NCBI GenBank assembly: GCA_051013385.1
Contig: CP143273.1
Coordinates: 96,001-160,000, forward strand
Source of the DNA: Phormidium sp.
GTDB taxonomy: Bacteria; Cyanobacteriota; Cyanobacteriia; Cyanobacteriales; Aerosakkonemataceae
Length of the DNA stretch: 64,000 bases
Direction: 5' to 3'
Part shown: piece by piece, positions 29,278-39,832 of the stretch
Numbering within the stretch: position 1 is the first letter of the stretch
Layout of the letters: each line of letters opens with the position of its first letter
Program-made: the position numbers and the translations under genes
Notes under the pieces: generated by a model
Database searches by the model: none
Seen by the model: only the letters and a program-made list of their open reading frames with translations
What the model was told of the DNA's origin: nothing

Positions 29278-30054
29278 ATGTATTTGCAAATTAACAAACT
29301 GAACAAAGATTTTCAAACCAAGAACGGTACTTTAGTCGTCCTTAAAGACATTAACATGACGATTAAACAAGGGGAATTTATCTGCGCTGTTGGGGCATCT
29401 GGTTCAGGTAAATCTACTTTATTGCGGCAAATTGCTGGACTTGATAACCCTACTTCTGGAGAAGTAAGAATTGATGGCGAACTGATTACAGGGCCGGGGC
29501 CCGATCGCGGAATGGTATTCCAACACTATACACTTTATCCTTGGATGAATGTACAAGAAAACACTGAATTTGGATTGAAACTGCAAGGCGTACCAAAAAA
29601 GGTGAGAAGAGAGCAAGCAAGCTATTATTTAAGTGTAGTGGGATTGGCTAATTTTGCTAACTCATTACCTAAAGAATTATCGGGGGGAATGAAACAACGT
29701 GCTGCGATCGCCCGTGCCCTAGCTTCCGAACCAAAAGTCTTGTTAATGGACGAACCTTTCGGCGCATTAGATATTCACACCAAAGAGTCAATGCACGAAT
29801 TTATGTTAGACCTTTGGCAAAGAACAAAAATCACCATTTTTATGATTACTCACGATGTGGAAGAAGCTGTATTTCTCTCCAATCGAATTTACGCTTTAGG
29901 GGCACGTCCTGGTACAGTCAGAAAAGAAATTACTGTTAAATTACCCGATCGCACTCACAATGTTAAACGCCACAGCATCTTCCATGACTACCGAGATGAA
30001 CTAATGGAATTATTACGCAAACATGGACAAGAAGCTGTAGCAGTCGCCGCCTAA
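29278..30054 (+). CDS. ABC transporter ATP-binding protein
   Basis: GASGSGKST Walker A, LSGGMKQR, LLMDEPFGALD. Confidence 0.93.
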   Translation: MYLQINKLNKDFQTKNGTLVVLKDINMTIKQGEFICAVGASGSGKSTLLRQIAGLDNPTSGEVRIDGELITGPGPDRGMVFQHYTLYPWMNVQENTEFGLKLQGVPKKVRREQASYYLSVVGLANFANSLPKELSGGMKQRAAIARALASEPKVLLMDEPFGALDIHTKESMHEFMLDLWQRTKITIFMITHDVEEAVFLSNRIYALGARPGTVRKEITVKLPDRTHNVKRHSIFHDYRDELMELLRKHGQEAVAVAA

Positions 30055-30709
30055 AAAGTAAGGTACAAAATAGAGGGGAAAGGTTCAAGGTTAAAAAGTT
30101 AAAGCATCTTTCACAGCTTTCCCTCGCTTTTTTTAACGGATTAATTTCCTAAAATTGCACCTTAGAGTGATGCAAATTCTTCAGTGTTACTCACAAAATA
30201 TAGATAGTGAACACAGAAGAAGAGGTTTATCGATGTTAATACCAATCGGTTTTAATCTTAATCATAGATAACGTCCAAATGCCATCTGCTAGGCAGGCTT
30301 AGTTTGTGCAACCCCAGGTTTCAACCCCTGGGAAAAAGAGGGTTTTCCAAACACTGCCTCCTGTACCTTAAGTTCTAATGCTTGAGATTGATGTTACTCT
30401 TTTAATTTCCAGTTATCTTAATGATTGTGAATCAATTGGGGTCAGCTTATATAAAGGCCCTAACTATAAAATCTACTTTTTTAGAGACATATCGATAAAG
30501 CCAACTCAGATTTTTGGAGTTGGCTTTAATCATTTTGCAGGTAAACAAATTTTCCGACCATGACTTCCCGGAACTCGCCGGAGTTGTAGCTAAAACCGCT
30601 ACTTTTGCAGACATTCAAATATTTCAATATGGCTTAACAGATGTGAACAGGTTAGAGGGGATAAATCATGATGGGAAAGATCTTTCTACCATTCCATATA
30701 CTGTTTCTG

Positions 30710-30910
30710 TTATTTTAGTAACCTAGTTACGCGCACGTCGTATTCAATTCCCTGTGGATGGTCGGTTCTAGCTTGTAACCTTGCTAAGTTATCGGCTGTT
30801 TGTTTAGATTGTGCATCAATCTCGTAGCGTGTTGTTTCCCTGCGACAGTTATCGGTTGTTGGTTCAAGGTATTCTTTGATATCAACCAAAACCTCATAAG
30901 TGTGATTCAT
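30710..30910 (-). CDS. Small hypothetical protein
   Basis: 66-aa ORF preceded by a strong GAGGAGG ribosome-binding site. Confidence 0.65.
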   Translation of the reverse strand: MNHTYEVLVDIKEYLEPTTDNCRRETTRYEIDAQSKQTADNLARLQARTDHPQGIEYDVRVTRLLK

Positions 30911-31369
30911 TTTGGGTGCCTCCTCGTTTGCTTGTAAACGATCGAGATTTATAGAAATTAGTATAGGAAGACTAGAGGGATCGAACTTTAAATGAATACA
31001 ATTCTTAGCAACTCTTTATGTTTTACTCAATAAAGTAATTTTTCTAAATTTTTCAGTTTAAGAAGAGTTGTTAAAAAATGTTAAAGCAACTGTCATCTAT
31101 AAAAAGATAGATTATTGATCGAACCCAAATTTTATTTTGTTTAGAGAATTAATAATTCTCTAAAAATCAACAAAAAATTTGTCAAAAGCAGTCAGTAGAT
31201 ACGCCTAACGTTTTATATATTTCAGGATTTTTTGATTGCGAGACTTGAGAAATAAATTAATTTGCGAATTACTCTCAAATAGTAGTGGCAAGAGGTTAGA
31301 GTTAGGATAGTAAAATTTGACTGTAACCGTTATTATTTAAAGTTAAAATACTTAGTCAAAAAGTGGAGT

Positions 31370-34300
31370 ATGTTCGCGATCGATAACCCAATTATCTGCT
31401 ATCAGTTAGCCGGATATGAACGACTGCAAACGCCCCTTTGGATTTATGATATCCAAAATCTTCAAATGAGGTGGGCGAATCGCGCCGCCTTACTCCTCTG
31501 GAATGCAGCAAGTTTAGAAGAATTGCTTAGTCGCGATTTTGGTCAAGTTTCGCAGGCAACGCATACCCGCTTGCAAAGTTACTTGGAGCTTTTTGAACAG
31601 GGTGAAACAGTAATTGAGCAGTGGACATTTTACCCGCAAGGAAATGCGGTTTCTGTTCGTTGCACTTGTTCGGGAATTTTGATTGAGAAGGGTTGTTTAG
31701 CAATGTTAGTAGAAGCAGAGAAAATTACTAACATTGAACAAGATACTCTGCGTTCTGTAGAAGCGCTACGTCATACAACAGTAGTAATTTCTTTATGCAA
31801 TGGTTCAGGGCAGTTGCTATTTCAAAATCCCGCTGCTATTACTTGTTATGGTAATCATATATCAAACCCAGAAAATCATAGTGTAAAGCAGCGGTTTTTA
31901 GATCAAAATCTGTGGTTGCAAGCTGAACAAGAATTGATTGCTAAAGGCATATTTAATGCTGATACTCAAGTTTTAACTAAACAGGGAGTGCGTTGGCATT
32001 CTGTAGAAATTCGCCAAACGAAAGATCCCATAAGTGGTGGCAATATGCTGTTGGTGAATGAACATGATATTACCGCATTGAAGCAGATTGAAGAGAGATT
32101 ACGTTGGAAAGAAACATTATTGCGATCGATGACTAATGCTTCCCCTTTAGCTTTTTATGTAGTAGATAATCGCACCGATGAAATTCTTTACTTTAATCCT
32201 CAGTTTTGCCAAATTTGGGAGATTGAACAATTAGAATCACAACTGCAAGGCGGTGAACTAAAAAACAATGATATTCTTCCCTATTGTAGAGAAAAGCTAG
32301 CAGATATCCCGGCATTTGCTGAAAGTTTTAAACCATTACAAAGTGAAGAGAACCGCATAGTTGTTGAAGATGAAATTCCTTTTAGGGATGGCAGGATTAT
32401 TCGGCGGTTTTCCACACAAATTCGCGATCGAGACGATCGCTATTTCGGCAGACTCTATATATTTGAAGATATCACGGAACGCAAACGTATAGAAGAACAA
32501 CTACAATTAGCAGACTTTTCTGTAGAACACTCCTCTCTAGCTACAGTCTGGATTAATCACAATGGAAAAATTATACGTGCCAATAAAAAAGCTTGTGAAC
32601 AACAGGGTTTTTCCCGTGAACAGTTGTTATCAATGTACGTTTGGGATTCCGATCCTAAGTTTCCGCAAGAAGCATGGCTGTCACATTGGGAACAATTGAA
32701 ACAGCAAAAAACTTTGTCCTTTAGCTCAGAACATTATGCTAAGGATGGCAAAATTATTCCTGTAGAAATTACCTTGAATTATTTAGAATTTAATGGCAAA
32801 GAATATAACTTTGCTTGTACTCATGATATAAGCGATCGCCAAGAAACCGAAGCAGCTTTACAACGAAGAGAACAAGAATTTCGCGCTTTAGTGGAAAATG
32901 CTCCCGATATTATTATGCGAATCGATCGGAAACTTCGCTATGTTTACATCAATCCAACAGTAGAAAAACATTTAGGCGTTCCCGCTCAAGAATTTATTGG
33001 TAAAACCATAGCAGAATTTGGCGCAGATGAATCATTAGTTAAGCTGTGGCAAACAACTATTCAACAAGTATTTGACACAGGTAAAGAACAAGAAATAGAA
33101 TTTCAATCTCCATCAATTGAAGGAATGGTTTATTATGCTACCCGGATCGTGCCAGAATTTGCTAATGATGGTTCTGTGCAGTCAATATTAGCGATCGCTC
33201 GTGATATTAGCGATCGAGTAGAAGCCGAAAAAGCCTTGCGACAAAACGAAGAACGAATGCAAGCACTATTAAAAGCCCTACCCGACACAATGTTTCGTCA
33301 CCGAGTAGATGGCACTTATTTAGATGTACAAGCAAAAGAAAATACCTTACTCGTACCAGCGTCAGATCTCATTAGCAAAAATTTATTAGACTTGCCTATA
33401 CCAGAACACCTCAAAACAGGATTACTAGAAAATTTTCAAGCCGCAGTCACCACCGGAAAATTACAAACCTACGAACATGACCTAAAAAAACCTGATGGAA
33501 TGCACACTTATGAAGCTCGAATTATCAAAAGTGGTGTTGATGAAGTTGTTTGTATTGTCCGCGATATTACAGAACGCAAACTAGTTCAAAAAGCCTTGCA
33601 AGAAAGCGAAGAACGCTATCGCTCTGTAGTCACAGCAATGGCAGAAGGCATCGTTTTGCAAAATGCTAACGGTGTCATAGATACCTGTAACAAAAGTGCC
33701 GAAAGAATACTCGGTTTAAACAGCGATCAAATGATGGGAAAAACTTCCGTCGATCCTCATTGGCGAGCCATCAAAGAAGACGGATCGCCTTTTCCAGGGG
33801 AACAACACCCAGCAATGGTAACACTCAAAACTGGTAAACCTTGCGTTGATGTAGTGATGGGAGTACATAAACCCGATGATACTTTAACTTGGATTTCGAT
33901 TAACTCCCAACCTTTATTTAAATCTGGCGATTCTCTACCTTACGCAGTTGTCACTTCATTTTTTGATATTACAGAACGCAAACAAGCAGAACAAGCTCTA
34001 CAAAAAGCACTTGCAGCCGCACAAGCAGCATCGATTTCTAAAAGTCGTTTTCTCTCTCACATGAGCCACGAACTGCGAACACCTCTGAATGCAATTCTCG
34101 GTTTTAGTCAGGTAATGGCAAGGAATAGTTCTCTTTCTGCTGAACAAAAAGAACAGCTAAAAATTATTAATCGCAGTGGCGAACATTTGTTAAATTTGAT
34201 CAACGACATTTTATCAATGTCTAAAATTGAAGCAGGTCAGATAACGCTCAACCAAAATCGCTTCGATCTCTATGAATTACTCGAAGACATCGAACAAATG

Positions 34301-35470
34301 TTAAGGTTCAAAGCTGCTGGTAAAGGCTTAGAGCTAATCTTTGAGCGATCGCCAAATGTTCCCCAATACATTGAAACAGACGAAAGCAAGTTGCGGCAAA
34401 TTTTAATTAACTTGTTAGGAAATGCCGTTAAATTTACCAATGAAGGTAGGATTTATTTAAGAGCAAAGTTGGGAAATAGAGAGCAAAATCAATCTGTAAT
34501 TATCTTTGAAATAGAAGACACTGGCGCTGGGATAGCACCTGAAGAAATACCCACAATGTTTGAGCCGTTTGTGCAAACAGAAACAGGTCGTCAATCCATG
34601 CAAGGAACCGGATTAGGTTTACCGATTAGCCGACAATTTGTGCGCTTAATGGGGGGAGATATTACAGTTAATAGCCAGTTGGGTAAAGGGACAATTTTTA
34701 CTTTTGAGATTCGAGTTAAAGAAATTGCTGCTGTTCAAGAAAAGAGTTTATCGGCTCCTCAACGAGTGATTGGATTACAACCAAATCAGCCTACTTATCG
34801 GATTTTAATAGTTGAAGATATTGAAGAAAATCGGCTGTTACTAATTAATTTACTGAAACCTTTGGGATTTGAACTACAGGAAGCTGTTAATGGAGAAGAA
34901 GCGATCGCTTTATGGAGAACTTGGCAACCTCACCTGATTTGGATGGATATGCGAATGCCAATCATGGATGGTTATGAAGCGACTAAACAAATTAAAGCCT
35001 TGCAGCAAGAAAAATTAACAGGGAAAAATATTCCCACTGTAATTATTGCCCTAACAGCTAGTGCTTTTGAAGAAGAACAATCGAGTATTTTTTCAGCTGG
35101 TTGTGATGACTTGGTGTGTAAACCTTTCCCAGAATCAGAGTTGTTTGAAAAAATGTCTCAATACTTAGGCGTGCGCTATATTTATGCCGATAAAAATCAA
35201 CCGACTGCAATACATTCAGCACCACCACAAAAATTGAGCGCAGAACATTTAAAAGTAATGCCTGCTGAGTGGATAACAAAACTACATCAAGCAGTACTCG
35301 GCGCTAACGATGATATTATCTTAAAGTTAGTTGAACAAATTCCTGATACTGAACTTGCTTTGGCTGATAGCTTGACAGAATTAGTCAATAACTTCCGCCT
35401 CGATGTAATCTTAGAGTTAACGGAAACAATTCTTCCTTCAGAGGTATCAGCAAACCACCCTTCTGGGTGA
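31370..35470 (+). CDS. Multi-PAS hybrid sensor histidine kinase/response regulator
   Basis: Several PAS/PAC units ending DITERK, H-box SHELRTPLN, GTGLGL, receiver domain with MDMRMP. Confidence 0.93.
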   Translation: MFAIDNPIICYQLAGYERLQTPLWIYDIQNLQMRWANRAALLLWNAASLEELLSRDFGQVSQATHTRLQSYLELFEQGETVIEQWTFYPQGNAVSVRCTCSGILIEKGCLAMLVEAEKITNIEQDTLRSVEALRHTTVVISLCNGSGQLLFQNPAAITCYGNHISNPENHSVKQRFLDQNLWLQAEQELIAKGIFNADTQVLTKQGVRWHSVEIRQTKDPISGGNMLLVNEHDITALKQIEERLRWKETLLRSMTNASPLAFYVVDNRTDEILYFNPQFCQIWEIEQLESQLQGGELKNNDILPYCREKLADIPAFAESFKPLQSEENRIVVEDEIPFRDGRIIRRFSTQIRDRDDRYFGRLYIFEDITERKRIEEQLQLADFSVEHSSLATVWINHNGKIIRANKKACEQQGFSREQLLSMYVWDSDPKFPQEAWLSHWEQLKQQKTLSFSSEHYAKDGKIIPVEITLNYLEFNGKEYNFACTHDISDRQETEAALQRREQEFRALVENAPDIIMRIDRKLRYVYINPTVEKHLGVPAQEFIGKTIAEFGADESLVKLWQTTIQQVFDTGKEQEIEFQSPSIEGMVYYATRIVPEFANDGSVQSILAIARDISDRVEAEKALRQNEERMQALLKALPDTMFRHRVDGTYLDVQAKENTLLVPASDLISKNLLDLPIPEHLKTGLLENFQAAVTTGKLQTYEHDLKKPDGMHTYEARIIKSGVDEVVCIVRDITERKLVQKALQESEERYRSVVTAMAEGIVLQNANGVIDTCNKSAERILGLNSDQMMGKTSVDPHWRAIKEDGSPFPGEQHPAMVTLKTGKPCVDVVMGVHKPDDTLTWISINSQPLFKSGDSLPYAVVTSFFDITERKQAEQALQKALAAAQAASISKSRFLSHMSHELRTPLNAILGFSQVMARNSSLSAEQKEQLKIINRSGEHLLNLINDILSMSKIEAGQITLNQNRFDLYELLEDIEQMLRFKAAGKGLELIFERSPNVPQYIETDESKLRQILINLLGNAVKFTNEGRIYLRAKLGNREQNQSVIIFEIEDTGAGIAPEEIPTMFEPFVQTETGRQSMQGTGLGLPISRQFVRLMGGDITVNSQLGKGTIFTFEIRVKEIAAVQEKSLSAPQRVIGLQPNQPTYRILIVEDIEENRLLLINLLKPLGFELQEAVNGEEAIALWRTWQPHLIWMDMRMPIMDGYEATKQIKALQQEKLTGKNIPTVIIALTASAFEEEQSSIFSAGCDDLVCKPFPESELFEKMSQYLGVRYIYADKNQPTAIHSAPPQKLSAEHLKVMPAEWITKLHQAVLGANDDIILKLVEQIPDTELALADSLTELVNNFRLDVILELTETILPSEVSANHPSG

Positions 35471-35661
35471 ATCGCTTTTAGTCTAAGTTGTTAATAATGG
35501 AATCAAGGTTAAAGAGTTATCTTAATGGAGCAATTCATCTCCCGTTACAACGCAGTTTAACGGGAGATGAATTGCGACCAACTCGCCTCAGACTGAGCGC
35601 AGTAAATCAATATTTTTGTGGGATTGTGCTATAATAAAATCGGTGATTAGGTCGATTAACC

Positions 35662-36882
35662 ATGATAGTCTACGAGTTCAAGTTAAAAGGAAAATTAAGG
35701 CAGTATCAAGCAATTGATGATGCTATTCGCACCTCTCAATTTATCCGCAATAAGTGTCTAAGATACTGGATGGATAATAGAGGGTTAACTGGCTATGACC
35801 TGAACAAATACACTGCGAGATTAGCCAAAGAGTTTTCCTTTGCATCGGAACTCAACTCGACAGCTAGACAGGCATCAGCAGAAAGATGCTGGGCTGGCAT
35901 ATCTCGTTTCTTTGAAAACTGCAAGAAGAAATCCCCAGGAAAGAAGGGTTTTCCAAAGTTCAAAAAGAACCAACGTTCTGTTGAATATAAAAAGTCGGGA
36001 TGGAAACTTTCTGATGACAGGAAAACTATCACCCTTACCGACAAGAAAGGGATGGGTACTTTCAAATTAATCGGAACTTACGATTTGCACTTTTACCAAA
36101 TAGAGCAAATTCAAAGAGTACGATTAGTTAAAAGAGCAGATGGGTATTACTGCCAGTTCTGCATTAGCGTTGATGTCAAGCAAACCTTAAAACCAACAGG
36201 TAGAAATATCGGATTAGATGTGGGATTAAATCATTTCTACACCGATAGCGAAGGCAACAAGCTAGATAATCCACGTTACCTGAGAAAGTCAGAGAAGAGA
36301 TTAAAGCGATTACAGCGTCGAGTTTCTAAAAAGGTCAAGGGTTCAAATAATAGAAAAAGAGCCATTAACCGATTAGGTAGGCAGCATTTAAAGGTATCAA
36401 GGCAGCGTAAAGACTTTGTTGTAAAGACAGCAAGGTGCGTGGTGATGTCTAGCGACATCGTAGCTTTTGAAGATCTAAAAGTGCGAAACATGGTGAAAAA
36501 CCGTCACCTAGCCAAGTCAATTAATGACGCATCTTGGTCACAATTTCGGGAGTGGGTGCAATACTTCGCTCTCAAGTTTGGCAAAGTTGCTATTGCAGTG
36601 CCACCTCACTACACCAGTCAAAATTGCTCTAGTTGTGGGGCAACAGTGAAAAAGTCTCTCTCCATTCGCACCCATGCTTGTAAGTGCGGGGTAGTTTTAG
36701 ACAGAGACGAAAACGCTGCAATCAATATCTTAATCAAGGCGCTGCAAATACTTGGCTATGTATCAAATACGCTCGGGCATAGCGAAATTAACGCTTGTGG
36801 AGAGACGACCCTCTACTTGAACCTGGAAACAGCGATTAAGCAAGGTCACTCGTTGAAGCAAGGTGCGATTCGTTCAGTCTAA
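35662..36882 (+). CDS. tnpB: RNA-guided endonuclease TnpB (last codons and stop supplied by the intron)
   Basis: GLDVG, FEDL, CSSC...CKCG, DRDENAAINI intact. Confidence 0.92.
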   Translation: MIVYEFKLKGKLRQYQAIDDAIRTSQFIRNKCLRYWMDNRGLTGYDLNKYTARLAKEFSFASELNSTARQASAERCWAGISRFFENCKKKSPGKKGFPKFKKNQRSVEYKKSGWKLSDDRKTITLTDKKGMGTFKLIGTYDLHFYQIEQIQRVRLVKRADGYYCQFCISVDVKQTLKPTGRNIGLDVGLNHFYTDSEGNKLDNPRYLRKSEKRLKRLQRRVSKKVKGSNNRKRAINRLGRQHLKVSRQRKDFVVKTARCVVMSSDIVAFEDLKVRNMVKNRHLAKSINDASWSQFREWVQYFALKFGKVAIAVPPHYTSQNCSSCGATVKKSLSIRTHACKCGVVLDRDENAAINILIKALQILGYVSNTLGHSEINACGETTLYLNLETAIKQGHSLKQGAIRSV

Positions 36883-36937
36883 TCATCAGATAGTAGAAAA
36901 ACGTAGTATAAAGGAGTAAAACGTAGTGAAATGAGGT

Positions 36938-37522
36938 ATGTATCTAACACCGAAACAAGTGTATCAGAAGTATGGATATCACCCTAAGACGTTAGCTGAC
37001 TGGGCTGATGCAGGCAAGATTCCTTGTATCAAGTCAGCGGGAGGGCATCGCAGATACCCAGTTCTGGCACTGGAAAACATGAAAAGCGAACCCAGTGTCG
37101 CTTTCGCCAAGGTGGTAACTTACGCCAGAGTATCGACACAATCCCAAAAAGAAGACTTGCAATCGCAGATTAATTACCTAGCGTCAAGATATCCCAACTG
37201 CGAGTGCATAAGCGACATTGGCTCAGGATTGAACTTTAAACGAAAGAAATTTCTGAGATTAATGCAAAGAGTTGCAGATCGAGAAATTCAGACTTTGGTA
37301 GTGGCACACAAAGACAGGCTATGCAGGTTTGGTTTCGATTTTGTGGAATGGTTCTGCAACCTAAATAACTGCGAAATTGTTGTTCTAAACAACAACTATC
37401 AATCTCCTCAGCAAGAGTTCTTGGAGGATTTTATGGCAATCATGCACTGCTTCAGCGCCAAATTATACTTCCTGAGAAAATACGAAAAACAGATGGTCTC
37501 AGAGTTAGACAAAACACTGTGA
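36938..37522 (+). CDS. tnpA: IS607-family transposase (MerR-like HTH plus serine recombinase)
   Basis: GGHRRY HTH end, YARVST catalytic serine, DIGSGLNFKRK, HKDRLCRFGF. Confidence 0.93.
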   Translation: MYLTPKQVYQKYGYHPKTLADWADAGKIPCIKSAGGHRRYPVLALENMKSEPSVAFAKVVTYARVSTQSQKEDLQSQINYLASRYPNCECISDIGSGLNFKRKKFLRLMQRVADREIQTLVVAHKDRLCRFGFDFVEWFCNLNNCEIVVLNNNYQSPQQEFLEDFMAIMHCFSAKLYFLRKYEKQMVSELDKTL

Positions 37523-37564
37523 ATCGGAGTATACTAAAAGTAATTCAATCTCCTGGTTTCAGTT

Positions 37565-38866
37565 GTGCTAAAAGCCAAGAAAGGATTCTCAATAACCACT
37601 AAGTCGGTCAAGGCAAAACTTGAGCGAACAAGAGTGAATCAGCAAGAAACCAAAGATGCCTACAATGAAGTAGTGCATTTTTATTTCTTGCTGATTGAAG
37701 AAGATCCTCTTGGCTTAACAATCCCCAAAACAGATAAGGGAGGATGGCGCTACTACGAAATCAAAACATTGAACGATGAATTCATTAAGGGATTGCCTTC
37801 ACCATTCAAGAGAGCCGCAATTCGTCAAGCCATTGGTGCTTATGAATCGTGGCACAGCAATTACCAAAGATGGCTGAATCGTCCCAAAAAGATGAAGCGC
37901 CACAAACCACCAGTACATCCCAGGAAGTTCAACTTTAATCCTCAATATGATTCTGGGATGTGGAAGGAAGATGATGGCGCTTCCATCGTTTTAAAAGTAT
38001 TGGTTAATGGTGAATGGAAATGGATTAAGCATCAATATCAAAGCCCAGAAATTGAATTGGACTGGGTAAAATGCTCTCCGAGAGTGCAGGTGAAAGGTAA
38101 CTCCTTTTGGTTGGTTTTCCCAATCGAGAAATATGTACCTGCTACTGGAGGGATTAAAAAGATTATGTCAACCCCTAAGTTTAGAACTTGCGGGATTGAC
38201 ATGGATCTCGACAAACACATTGCGATTTGCACCGTACTAGAAACCAACGCCAGAGGCGAATCGACGGAAGTTGCTAGATTTTTTATCAATCAGTCAGGCC
38301 ATGTAGCGCGTAGGAAGCGGAATCTAGGACGGATTGCGGTCAAAATGAATCAAACTGGCATTATTTCCCAAGGCTTTGCTAACCAACGGTGGCAGAAATT
38401 ATCGAGGCGAGAGGTAGAGTTTTCTAGGGATGTATCCAGGCTAATTGTCGAATTTGCTAGACATTGGCAAGTTAAAGTTATTAGCTTCGAGCATTTAGGA
38501 AACCTACGTCCCCAAAGAGGAAAATACTCTAAGCGATCCAATCAAAAACGTGCTTATTGGTTAAAAAGCAAAGTTTACGAACAAGTGAAAAGAATTGCTT
38601 TTCAGGATTATGGAATATTGGTAACTAGGGTTAATCCGAGAAATACCAGCAAACTTAGTCCTGATGGGATTCCTGTGTGGAGAGGCAATCAGTTTCCTAG
38701 TTCAATATGGGAGTTTTTGGAGTATCAATCAGGCGCTAACTTTGTCGCTACTCCTGATGGTTATAAAGCTCATTCGGGACTTAATGCTGCTCGAAATATC
38801 GCTCTCAAAGCGATTAAGCGTAACTTGCCAGAAGCTACGCTTAAACTCAAAAGCCTAGAGCGGTAA
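37565..38866 (+). CDS. tnpB: Divergent TnpB-like protein
   Basis: RuvC-I GIDMD, RuvC-II FEHL, VNPRNTSK, RuvC-III region HSGLNAARNI lacking Asp; no CxxC zinc finger. Confidence 0.8.
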   Translation: MLKAKKGFSITTKSVKAKLERTRVNQQETKDAYNEVVHFYFLLIEEDPLGLTIPKTDKGGWRYYEIKTLNDEFIKGLPSPFKRAAIRQAIGAYESWHSNYQRWLNRPKKMKRHKPPVHPRKFNFNPQYDSGMWKEDDGASIVLKVLVNGEWKWIKHQYQSPEIELDWVKCSPRVQVKGNSFWLVFPIEKYVPATGGIKKIMSTPKFRTCGIDMDLDKHIAICTVLETNARGESTEVARFFINQSGHVARRKRNLGRIAVKMNQTGIISQGFANQRWQKLSRREVEFSRDVSRLIVEFARHWQVKVISFEHLGNLRPQRGKYSKRSNQKRAYWLKSKVYEQVKRIAFQDYGILVTRVNPRNTSKLSPDGIPVWRGNQFPSSIWEFLEYQSGANFVATPDGYKAHSGLNAARNIALKAIKRNLPEATLKLKSLER

Positions 38867-39093
38867 CGCTAATGGTGTGCAATCAAACTTGAACGGTAAG
38901 CAACGCCACTTTGATTGTACTGGGCTTGGGTAGACTGCGCCTAATGATTCCTACGCTCACTACGCCCCATCGGTCGGATCTAGTATCCAATAGGCTTAGG
39001 GATGCGCTTACAGAGGAGTCTAAAAAGTGAACCGAATTACGCTGTTTGGCTACGCTTTACTGCGTTTTTGGGCTACTCGAAACCAAATTATAG
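38867..39093 (+). ncRNA. Putative omega-RNA scaffold of the IS607 TnpB
   Basis: About 225 nt non-coding between the tnpB stop and the IS right end; hairpin GTGCAATCAAA/TTTGATTGTAC; assigned by position. Confidence 0.45.
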
Positions 39094-39832
39094 GAGGATG
39101 ACTGGCTTTAGTAGAGTAACCCATTAGGGTAGAGTTCGCACTTTAATCCTCTACTAATGACAACTTGGTATCCATATAGGTGAGGACATCTAGCCGAGCC
39201 AACAAGCGAAGACAGCTAGAGGTTAAGAGGAAGAATGCAGGGCTACACCAGCAGTATAACTCTAGCCACAATAAACCAAGTCCTATCGCCCTGGTGTGGG
39301 GCTGAAAGCACACAAGCAGCCTATTATAGGTTGCCCCCATAGGGGAGATTGACCATCAAACCTATGAAGCGGGGGTGAAAGCAGGAATAGACGGTAATAG
39401 CTGAAAGCGTCTACTGCAAGCAAAAGTTCTATGGGTAGAACAAACAAAGTGTTGAGGAGCCATCGTAACGTCGAAGCAGGGTATATAAGCTCACAGACTT
39501 AAATCTGAACCCTGCATTGGAAATATCCAATAAAGGTAAGGGATAACAGGTTCCTTGTACCGAGTTATCGCACCCCCTAAACCCTCGGTGGATAGACACG
39601 CCCTAAAGAACTTAACAATGGATACCAGGAACGAAGTAACCCCCATCGTATGCTCCCTGCTAGGTCGATTAGTAAGGTAGGCAGTCAAGCCAGAAGCTAC
39701 GAGGGGATGGGATGGTTTAAGAAGCAAATGCCAAGCCTGAGCTTACAGGCAACGCTTGAAAAGAGATGGCTTAATAGCCTGGATATGCTGACGTAAATCG
39801 CAAGGTGTTAATGCTTAGAGGTACAAGTAGCA

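Larger units (their letters stand above)
36890..39093 (+). mobile_element. IS607-family element (tnpA serine recombinase plus atypical tnpB); boundaries inferred
   Basis: AAAACGTAGT repeats at left end, related inverted motifs at 39040-39080; removal at a shared AG restores the intron hairpin TCATC-AGGAG-GATGA. Confidence 0.72.

Noticed and set aside
30911..31000. Possible riboswitch upstream of the small gene 30710-30910
   Set aside because: Only a short hairpin near the RBS; no recognisable aptamer consensus
38867..39093. CRISPR array next to the divergent TnpB (Cas12-like system)
   Set aside because: No repeat-spacer structure; only short IS-end motifs and hairpins
39143..39727. Short minus-strand ORFs 39143-39340 and 39491-39727
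   Set aside because: Antisense to structured intron RNA domains; no protein features
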